Shown here: positions 34,049 through 64,000 of the stretch, one piece after another
How positions within the stretch are numbered: position 1 is the stretch's first letter
Layout: every line of letters starts with the position of its first letter
NCBI GenBank assembly: GCA_963693365.1
Contig: CAVNZM010000015.1
Coordinates: 4,719,502-4,783,501 of the forward strand
DNA: 64,000 nucleotides
Source: Amoebidium appalachense
Lineage: Eukaryota; Protista; Ichthyosporea
Direction: 5' to 3'
Program-made: the position numbers and the translations under genes
Notes under the pieces: generated by a model
The model's input: only the letters and a program-made list of their open reading frames with translations
The model's database searches: none
What the model was told of the DNA's origin: nothing

Positions 34049-37000
34049 ATGATCATGGTGGGAGGAATGTTTGTAGCGGGACTAATACACCCCGGTTACG
34101 CGAAAAACCGAGGCATTATTGTACTTGCCGCACCACACGTGAGAGTGAAGTGCAAACCGGTAGCAAAAACGGAATTCTCGGTTTCTATAGAGTTTCTTTC
34201 TAATGTTTTTACTTTTGTATATTACCCACCATCTATGTCGGTTGTCGAATTGACTCACGAGTTGTCACAGTTACCAATGTCCATTGTTATTTTAGGTGAT
34301 TTTAACACGCGACTCCACCACACAGACACACTGCAAGTGAGTGTCGGGTACCCATCTAAGCCCCCGGAGCGTGCTATCCCTTTAGCAAGGTATGTCCAAA
34401 GTCACACTTTGCGGTTCCCTCAAATATCCCATGCCCACAACACCGACTGGGGAGTGGCCTTTTGGCCATCAACCATGTCAAAACTCTCTCTCCCTCCTAT
34501 TAGTAACCTCTCTAGGTCATCTGACCACTCTCCTATCCTTTTCCTACCTAAGATCTCCCTTGATCTGCTCCCCCCTCCCCCTCCCACCTTTCGCCTCCGT
34601 CTATCCCAGCTTAAGTCACAGTGGGGTAGAGTTGATGTATGTGTATGCTATGCTACGAAACACCCTATATATATGCGCCTATTAGAATCTGCACAAGCCA
34701 GGCCAGATTCACATCTCGTACTAGATACATGCACTAACTTTATTGTTGATGATTTGATAGATCTCGGTGATTATGCTGGCGGTGGTAGGAAGGAATATCC
34801 CGATGCTCTCTTGTTACCAAACACCACTCCCGCTAGACTAGGTGAACCCCTGTCTCAAAAGGAAAGCTTGCGCCGGCTTGCTAGTATGAATCGATTTGGC
34901 CCCCCTGCTCGTATTATTGGTGATACCACTGGAGACCCCCTCATAGACTCTGATAAGTATTTCTCGGAACTGTTTAAAGATAGGACCCCCGCTCAGAAAC
35001 CTATTGTGTGGCCTGTAGACCCATCTATCCCCATAGAATCGATCCTCCCCTTTTTCAGTCCCGATGCCATATGGTCTGTGATATCTAGTTATAGCTCTAG
35101 TAAGTCTTGTGGACCTGATGGACTCCCTGCTGGGTTTCTTAAAATCCTTGTTCCCTCCTACCCACAAAAGGAAAGTGATCGTGCTATTAAACCTGATCTT
35201 ACTATCATGTTAAGCTCTCTCTTTTCTTGGTGTGTTAAATGTGGACATGTCCCGTCATCTTGGTTAGATACCTTAGTGATCCCCATAGTTAAGAAGGACT
35301 CTGAGGGCCCCATATCATCCTTTCGCCCCATTACACTAACCCAGGTTGTTCGTAGATTCTTTGAAGCTTGCTTACTTAGGTTATTTGCACATCACCCTAG
35401 GTTTCAATCTATTCTTCACATACACCCATGCCAATCCGCTTTTCGTAAAAACAATTCATGTTATGTTCAAATAATGGCACTGCACGATTCTATGCAAGTT
35501 GGTGCACAATATGTTGGCTTTATTGATTGGAAAACTGCTTACGATTCTGTCTCCCCTGGTCTCCTATGGGAAAAGCTTGCTGCACGGGGTGTACCACACT
35601 GCATTGGTGTTCTGTTAGAAGCACTCTTGTCTCAAACCTATGGTAGAGCTGTGGTTAATGGGCATCTTTCATATGGTTTTGCTCGTACTAGAGGTCTCTT
35701 GCAGGGTTCATTGCTTAGCCCCTTTTTGTTTAACCTATTTATAGATGATTTGGCTGTCAAGATTTACGCCGAAAACGATGACCCTATTAATAACTTTCCG
35801 CCTGCACTTCTCTATGCTGATGATCTGTCCCTCCTTGCCCGTACCCCTAGACGCCTGCAAAGATTGTTCGATGTAGTGTCAGAGTGGTGCAAGGCAAACC
35901 TTATGATCCTTAACATAGACAAATGTGGTGTTCTTGTACCTGATATAGCTAACAATTTACACACATTTACATTATCATCTAAACCTGTACCTATAGTTCC
36001 AGAATACAAATATCTTGGTGTTCCGGTTGATTCTGTTGGTGTTATGTTTCCCCATATGGTCGAAAAGAGGGTAGAGTTGGCTCGTAAGCGGTTAGCTTTC
36101 TTCTCGGCTAATATTTTTAAAGACACACCCCTCCATCCTTCTATTAGACTTACATTTATTCGCACTTTTGTCTTCCCGGCATGTGAATATGGTTTACCCC
36201 TTCTCGCCGCTTGGATCAAGAAAGAGAGAACTAGAGCGCTTAAACCCTTGGCAAATTTCCTTGAAGCAGAAGTTGCCTCCTTTCTATCTAACAACTGTTG
36301 TAAACCTGGGCCTGTAACGCTCTCGATATATGGTCTGGTCCCAATAGCTGCTAGAGTATCCTATCTCGCGCTGAAATTCAATAAGCACATAAGCCGCTTA
36401 AAGAAGTATTTGCCCTCCCACCCTCTCTTCTCTATCCGACCTGTCCCCTCCTCACCTCTCCCCTCTTTCCTCCCCTCTCTCTCCCCTTCTCCCCTGGGCA
36501 CAAATACAAATAAACCCCGCAATAGTGTGTGTGTGACTTTGGACTGCCACTTACTTATTAAACATGTACACAATCACAAGATAATCACGCAATATAACAA
36601 ATGGAAAAAGATACCACACGACACTAGACCCGATGAAAGCATACACCTTGAAAAACTAAGCCTTATGTCTCGTTTTATATATACTGACCGCCTCAACCAT
36701 ATTGCCAAATATGGCACTCGCAAGTGTATAACACCTAAATACATATTACCTTCCTGTAGAACTGGTCTTTCTCTAGCTGATGGTATTATTGATCAATTAC
36801 CACGCTTTTACTGTACACGTGCTATACAGTGGAGATCTAATAAGTATAAGGTGGCATCATTTGCATGCCCAAACAACACACACACACACCAGTTTAACCG
36901 GTCATGTATCGCCAAATGTAGTTTGATAGACCACATAATACCGCAACACACACACGTCACATTCACAACAGACACCCAGAAAGATAGCCTACCTGTAAAT

Positions 37001-37096
37001 TACAACATCCTTGATTTTATACTAAACACGCGTAACTACGACCTGTTTATTAGATGTATTGATTGGCTTGAGAAACACATCACTACAAAATTATAG
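34049..37096 (+). mobile_element. Non-LTR retrotransposon (LINE) ORF: APE endonuclease + RT + C-terminal Cys/His region
   Basis: 1015-aa open, intronless ORF. Endonuclease motifs IVILGDFN and SDHSPI; RT motifs KSCGPDG, FRPITL, FIDWKTAYDSV, RGLLQGSLLSPFLFNLFID, LYADD, YKYLGV; C-terminal CP....H.FNRSCIAKC. The endonuclease N-terminus looks eroded and no ORF1 or TSD was found. Confidence 0.93.
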
Positions 37097-37100
37097 CGCA

Positions 37101-37171
<71 letters not shown>

Positions 37172-37203
37172 CCAGCTGATACCGAGTGTCCCGAGGGGAG
37201 CCC

Positions 37204-37244
<41 letters not shown>

Positions 37245-38009
37245 GGGGAACCCCAACTAATTGATTTCTCCTTGTAGTCTTTATGGTGTCTCGTAGAGAA
37301 AGTAAACCCTGATATATAGTCACCACCCGACATCTATGTACGTGATCATGATATACCGCTGAGGGGATATTCCGAGCAAACCCCCCCCCCCCATACCTGA
37401 GACTGGTTCTCTTTGCCTCGAGTAAACAGCGTAAACCCCGGACTAATATGTACCTTCCTCGCGAATTTAAAGCTCGATCGGAGTCGATTGACCTAACTTT
37501 AATATCCAATTGTTAGCAATCCTTTAAAGTTTATAGTTTGATCTGAGACCAAACCGATTTGATGATTGGTCGACTTCAAAATATCAATACAATCGTCATC
37601 TGGTGAAAAAAATTCTTTAATCGGAAACACTTGAAAAACATATGTATCATAATAAAACCTTTTCTATTTGCGTGTCGGTTACGAACAAATGGTATCACTC
37701 GATAGAGAAAACAATTAGCTTTTTAGTTAATATAGGTTTGATGGGGTTCTGATCGGTGCGAAGGGTCGAAAATTACGAAAAACAAAGTGTGTCTTCTCGC
37801 AGAAGGTGCGTACAGCGGCTTTTTTTTTTATTTCTCTTTTTCGAGTCTGTCACTTTTCAAAAAAGACGGATCAGACATCAATTTGTTTACATAACGCTAG
37901 CAACTGCATAGCAGTATTTTGTGCTCCATCCCTCCTCGCGCTCCCCTTCGCTACCTCGATCCCGCTCAACTTCCCCCCTCTCCCCATCAATCCCCCCCCC
38001 CACCCCCCC

Positions 38010-38040
<31 letters not shown>

Positions 38041-38444
38041 ACCCTCCCTTCTTACCCCGGCTCTCCCTGCTCCCTCTCCCCCCTCCCCCCCCCCCCCTCC
38101 CCTCCCCCCCGTCCCGCTCTTTCACACACGTACACGTGCGACCCCGTACCTCCCCGATCATTCCTTGCCCCTTTACCTTGTTCCCCTCTGCGAAGAGTGA
38201 TTTGCTTTGATCGGAGCAACACCACCTTCTGCTTTGTGCCCTTTTCTTACTTCATTCATCAGACACTAATCCATCTCAGACACTACATGATAATTAGGAC
38301 ACTACATGAGAATAACCCACTTCTTTAGTCCATGAAAAATCACGCCAATATTTCAATAGGTCCTTAAAGCAACCACAGTATTATCAAGTTGAAAAATGGC
38401 TGAAAAATGAACCAAAGACTCCCCGACCTACTCCTGACCCCAGC

Positions 38445-57725
<19,281 letters not shown>

Positions 57726-58006
57726 TCTCCCCAATCTTGGTGGATGAAAAGATGGGTTGTGAACGACATGAGAGGCTATACAGCCAAAATCTTTTCTTTT
57801 GTGAATGGATACGAAACCTCCTGTTGGTGGATGGGCTCTGTTCAAGTAACTTCTACCTTTCTTTTGATTTCTCTTTTGCGTTTTGATGTTTGTGGTTTTC
57901 GATGTCTTGGTTTCCATGGTTTCCACCACTGATGCATGTATACGTGTCCTCCCTCCCTCCCTCCCCCCCCTTCCCCTCCTTTTTGCCTCCCCACAACACA
58001 AAATGT

Positions 58007-58044
<38 letters not shown>

Positions 58045-58775
58045 ACACACACACCTGCTATTTTCCCAACCGTTTTTTGTTGTCTCCTCCTCTTTTTTTT
58101 TGCCTCAAGGGCCCCAAATTACATTGGTGGCATTATTAGATAGCCCGTTGCACTCTTTCTCAGTTATAATTAGCCTAATTCGTTTCCCTGATTCATATAT
58201 ATATATATATTCTTTTTGTGTGTATAATGTGCCATTTCACGTGTTTCTCCCTACCCCTCTTTATTCGTCTGTCTTTTTATATTTTTTCATCTCTCTTTTG
58301 CGTTGGTGTGCGCGTGTAGTTTTCTGTTTGCGGTGTTGTTACTTTCTCCGTGTTTTATCTCGATCTACGGTATAAGAATAATGATAGAATAATGATAATT
58401 GTTGTTTTGTACGTAAATGGTTCAAAGTGGGGACATAATAGATATCGCATTTGTATATCTTGTGTTTTTTTTATGTGATTATGTTGGTTCAATGCAATTT
58501 TTAGCCCCTAAGTAGAAGACAAGTCTAACCTAGAGTAGAAACTCCTAATTGTTGCTTGCCTACGATTTGCCCATCTGGGGACAGTTCGATAATCAAAATG
58601 ACTGTAAATCCAGTGTTTGTTTTGAGAGTTCTCTCTCGGTGATTGGCGAAGCAATAATGTAATCGATACCAATAATAGTGATATTTCTAGCTTGTGCGTT
58701 AAGTTGCTAACATGCTTGCGTTGTTTGTCGGATGAGTGAGCAAAAATATCACAATGCTGCCCGGAGCGACATTTG

Positions 58776-58886
58776 TAATAAACAGTGGTATGCTATACGA
58801 CGTTGGTAATAAACAGTGGTATGCTATACGACATTGGCAATAAACAGTGGTATGCTATACGACATTGGTAATAAACAGTGGTATGC
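58776..58886 (+). repeat. Tandem repeat, 31 bp x ~4 (taataaacagtggtatgctatacgacattgg)
   Basis: Directly visible. Confidence 0.9.
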
Positions 58887-58997
58887 TTTAACTCGACGCC
58901 AATCGGCTACTTGTACACACGCGTATGTGCACTTTACCTCTCTTGTTTGGATCCCCCGGCGGTAGAAGGGGGTGGGCGGGAGGAGGAGCCGTGGGGG

Positions 58998-59028
<31 letters not shown>

Positions 59029-59334
59029 ATAATCTAGTAGGAACCAACAACACGGCCCGTACGTACACTATGTTTGTACGCACAAACATAAACGAAGAGA
59101 GAAAAGGGAGGAAGGGGGTGTGAGGAAGGCACAGCCGGCACGTGCACAGTGTTGATAGAAATGTTTGGCCTGCATGGTCGATCATTATGTACATAGGTGG
59201 GTGGGGATATATCATCATGGTTTGCTGTTCAACCACCCCAGTTTTGACAACACAATTTTATGTAGTATTTGTTTGTTTGTTTGTTTGCTTGTTTGTTAAT
59301 TTATTTATTTATACTGTCGCCCCCCCTCCCCCCC

Positions 59335-59422
<88 letters not shown>

Positions 59423-59599
59423 ATACACACAAATAAATTTATTTTGGGGGGGGAGGAGGGGGGGAGGGAGGAAGGAGGCTAGGGGGGAGGGGGATCTGAA
59501 GGGTGTCGATGTACGTACATGTGTTTTAGGGTCTAGTGGTGAGGCTGAACATTGAATGACAATTTTTTACTCAGGATCTGGCCACCAAGAAAAAAACTT

Positions 59600-59635
<36 letters not shown>

Positions 59636-59861
59636 GGGTAGGAGGCGAACTCTGATATAGCGAGGGAGGCTTTGCGCTGGACCACGGATTCTGGAAAGGA
59701 CTCACTTGCTACAATGTTTAGGAGAGAGAATATAAATCGTTACATGCAGCGCAGAAAGGGTGTAGTTCGGGATAGAAAATCATCACACAATGTACACACA
59801 AACATACACGCACACACACCAGCACAGACATGCGGGCAGGCATACACAAACACACACACAC

Positions 59862-60547
<686 letters not shown>

Positions 60548-61619
60548 TCACTCACTCACTCACACACACACAAACAAACAAACATACACACACTTTCCCA
60601 GTGTACTATCAAACCCTCACAGACTACTATAATCACAACGTGTCTCCGCGCCTCACTTTGACTTCCAAACTGCACCCATGCACATATATTACCTTGCTAA
60701 TTTATATTGTGGGTATTGGCGTGGCTCGGTCGAACAGTCCGTGCACAGCCCGGGCGGACGTCAACGTGGCTAGCTTGACAATAGTTAACATTGCCCGTTG
60801 TTTACTACTCGTGCTTTTTTTTAATTAATTAGGAAATTATATTCGTCCATTACAATGATATACACAGCAGCTATGATCACGCAGAGCCACGAAAATGCCT
60901 CTTGGATTCCCAAATGCGTCCTCAAAGTTTAGATTCATCGGATCTTCCGCACGTTGCTCTAAAAGGGGCGAGTTGAATAACACAACACAAACACACCCGA
61001 GAATGTCCACCCATCAAGAGAGAGACTATTTTGTAACATGTACGCGGTCCTTTTTTGTTCAAAATGTTCTCCAATCGGTAATCTGCTCTTTTTTCATTGG
61101 CGGAAATCTTTACTCGATCATGATTGGTGCACTTTGTTTGTGATGCGCAGGTTAGGCAGTCGGCGAGGCACATGTCTAAAAGTTACTGTCAACAAAGGTA
61201 GATACGGACGAATACGAATAAAATGGTATACATACGGACCTTGGTTCAAAAGATGTCATTGAAGATCGCATGCGTGCCAGAATGAATGCGCGCCATGAGC
61301 AGATGACCAGATTCAGAAATCAGAATGTACAAGAAGTGCGGTTGTGATTTCTCATTGGTCATTGCGCTACTCTACCGAGTATATAGTCGAGGCAGCAGCA
61401 GCATCATTTGCGATCATTGATCAACGCAACACAAAAACAAAGCCTTTAGCCTGTGAAACCAGCCGCTTTTTTACGAGAACAGTGTTCGCCCTGGAGGGTA
61501 CACACACACATCTGATCGGAAATAAATCAATAAATATTTTTATGTGTACTTCTTCAGTGTTCATTCTATCAAGTTTACTGCCAAATAGCACTACTTACCC
61601 CAAATAACCATTATTTGAC

Positions 61620-63120
61620 ATGCAGCTGCAGGCAACCAACCCAACCATGGCTGCTAGACACTCAGACTGTACCCAACAGGCAGCCACTGGCCTTACCACT
61701 TTAGACATTTCAGAGGCTCCGTCCAACACAGCTACAGACGCAAAGGACACAAAACAACGCAGCAACCACAACTCCATCGCAGAAAACGAAGATGAGGCGG
61801 CCATTGCCGAGGAGCCAACATTAATGATTTTGGACCCGCACCCACACGGGCGGTTGTACCACGCTGGGTTCCACATCACAACCGTTATCGTAGGAACGGG
61901 TGTCTTGGGCCTGCCGCGCGCTATGGCTCAACTCACGTGGATTCCCGGAATCATTATGCTTTCCTTGGCATACGTTGTCAGCTACTACACTGCGTCTCTA
62001 CTCATGCGCATGCACCTGACACACACGGACGAAGAGAACAAGGAGCCCAAGCGCCTTCGCACGTACTTTGCTGTGGGTGTCTTATGTGTTGGGCAAGCGC
62101 AACGCAAAGTGGTTTATCGCGCCGCTCCAGTACACCATGTTGGTGGGCGGCAGCATCGCCTATCTCATTGCTGCGGGGCCCCATCAGCAGTCTTTACGTT
62201 GGCAATTGTGGAACAGACTGTACCACCGTCAAGCAGCTCGTGTGGACTAGCGCCGTTGCGGGGCTTCAACTCTTTCTCTGCTTCTTCCCTTCGCTGGAGA
62301 GTGTGTCGGCCATTTCGATGATTGCTGCCGCTGCAAGCATCGGCTACTGTGTCATCACCGTGTCTCTGTGCTTCTACCTTGGCCAACAGCCCGGTGTCAT
62401 GTACGGGCCGGTGGAGGGCAGCACCACGGACAACGTCTATAACTTCTTCACAGGCATTTCAACCATTGCTTTTGCCTTCAGTGTGCACACGATTCTGCCC
62501 GAAATCCAGGCCACCATGGCACCCAAGCCATGCCCCAAGCGTGAAAGCATCAAGGGTCTCAGTGTTTCGTGGTGCTTTGTTTTGGGTTTGTAATTTTGCA
62601 GCGCCGTGTCCGGATACTGGGCGTTTGGGCAGACGGTCCAGAGCAACATTTTGATGAGCATTCAGGCGGCAGATGCAAGCAGCGGGTGAGTGTGGCCGTG
62701 ACGATAGCCGAGGTGTTGGTGGTGCTGCACGTGGTGATTGCCTACCAGGTGCTATCTATGCCCGTCTATGCCGCAATGCAGCGCCAGGCAGTTAGACACA
62801 TTTCATTCTTCCCCGCAAAGAACACACTTGCTACCGTTCCCCTCCGCTTCATCTACATTCTGTTCACGTGGATCGTGGCCATTGCAATTCCATTCTTCGG
62901 TGATATCATGTCACTTTGTGGTGCATTTGGCATTATACCACTTTCGTTTGTTCCCCCCTGCATCATGTATCTGCGCTACAAGCGGGGCACAGCAGGCACA
63001 GGCACCAAGGTGGTGTGCTGGTCCATTGCTACGGTCGGTGTGTTTGTCGGTGTGGCCGGTATCATTGCATCGGTGAGACAAATTATCGTCGACGCTGATA
63101 ATTTACAGGTATTTGCATAG
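61620..63120 (+). pseudogene. Intronless amino acid/auxin permease (AAAP) of LHT type, disrupted
   Basis: Motifs HAGFHITTVIVGTGVLGLPRAMAQLTWIPG, LLMRMH, SMIAAAASIGY, FTGISTIAFAFSVHTILPEIQATM, GYWAFG...SNILM, HVVIAYQVLSMPVY, IPFFGDIMSLCGAFGIIPLSFVPPCIMYL. Frameshifts at ~62075, ~62180 and ~62680, plus an in-frame TAA at 62591-62593 where Tyr is expected. Confidence 0.85.
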
Positions 63121-63674
63121 ACATTTAAATGCTTTCTGTTCCTTATATATAATTTTTTTCGGATACTGCCTCAGAAGCACAACATCAATATTTTGTGCTT
63201 TTAAAAAAGCACTAGAAATGGATTGTTAAGAACATATGGCGGTACATAACTCGAGACTGATAGTCATATACATACATACAGGTCGGCGTACTGCGTAATA
63301 TCATGCTAGAGTGTGCTTGTACATAGTATTACACTAGCTGCAGCGTTGCCGACTAATACAAAGTTTTTGATTATAAAAGACACAGAATTTCAAGTAAACT
63401 CTAACAAATCATATGAAAACAGCTCGGGCGTCGTACTTGAAAAATAACTTTAGTACAGCAACGAGAACTCTTCAATCCATGCTCGTAGTACAGAGCCTGC
63501 ATGAGGGCCTGGTAAATGCTGAAATCATTTGTAATGCGGCGGGTTTTGATTGTGTAGTTCTAGAGAGTAGAATGTGTATGTGTGTTTGTGTGTGTTTGTG
63601 TTTGTGTGTGTGTGTCATGATGTGTGCGTGTGTTTGTGTGTGTTTGTGTGTACATGTGTGTGTGTCCGTGTGTG

Positions 63675-63731
<57 letters not shown>

Positions 63732-63920
63732 TGTGTGTATGCCACGTGTGTCACAGTGTGTGTGTGTGTATGTGTGTATGTGTGTGTGTGTGTGTTTGTG
63801 TGGTAAAAACATAAATGCCGTCCGGAGCGATAATGGTGTTTCAACAGAGTTAACGGTAACCACCTACTTGTGCACACTATGCCTCACTTGTTTGATTCCC
63901 CCGGGGAGGAGGTGGAGAAA

Positions 63921-63956
<36 letters not shown>

Positions 63957-64000
63957 CTGGGCTGTAATTTAGTAAGGACCTACAGCGTGGCCATAGTACA

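Noticed and set aside
37208-37243. A-run as the LINE poly(A) tail
   Set aside because: Homology with 19625-19900 continues past the A-run, so it is internal to a repeat, and no TSD was found upstream.
62591-62593. In-frame TAA at a Tyr position (and TAA at 21557) as possible stop-codon reassignment
   Set aside because: PRCC, F-box and ACOT use TAA as a normal stop, and both affected genes also carry frameshifts.
62686-62707. gtgagt...gatag as a 22-nt micro-intron rescuing the permease frame
   Set aside because: Removing it does not restore the downstream AEVLVV frame.

Overview
Intron-rich eukaryotic genomic DNA saturated with poly(C)/poly(G) runs and (CA)n/(GA)n microsatellites. Almost all ORFs in the supplied track are low-complexity artefacts. 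Reading exons by splice sites and reading phase gives four apparently intact multi-exon genes: mitoribosomal mL45/MRPL45-like (minus, runs off the window start), PRCC (plus, head-to-head with it), an F-box protein (minus) and a 22-23-exon ACOT11/12-type double-hotdog + START thioesterase (plus). There are also two disrupted genes (a RING/zf-TRAF/MATH gene and an intronless LHT-type amino-acid permease), a long open non-LTR retrotransposon ORF, a degenerate Penelope-like RT, and two MITE-like elements with the same TIR. The gene mix suggests a unicellular holozoan such as an ichthyosporean (inference only). Two patterns stand out. (i) More than a dozen short repeats, mostly intronic, are homologous to the 3' end of the Penelope-like element, mostly end in poly(C), and lie sense to their host genes. 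Their longest copies carry a covarying RNA structure with hammerhead core motifs in an unusual order. (ii) Tandem 'echo' copies of real splice junctions recur in several introns. All calls were made by eye; no searches were run.
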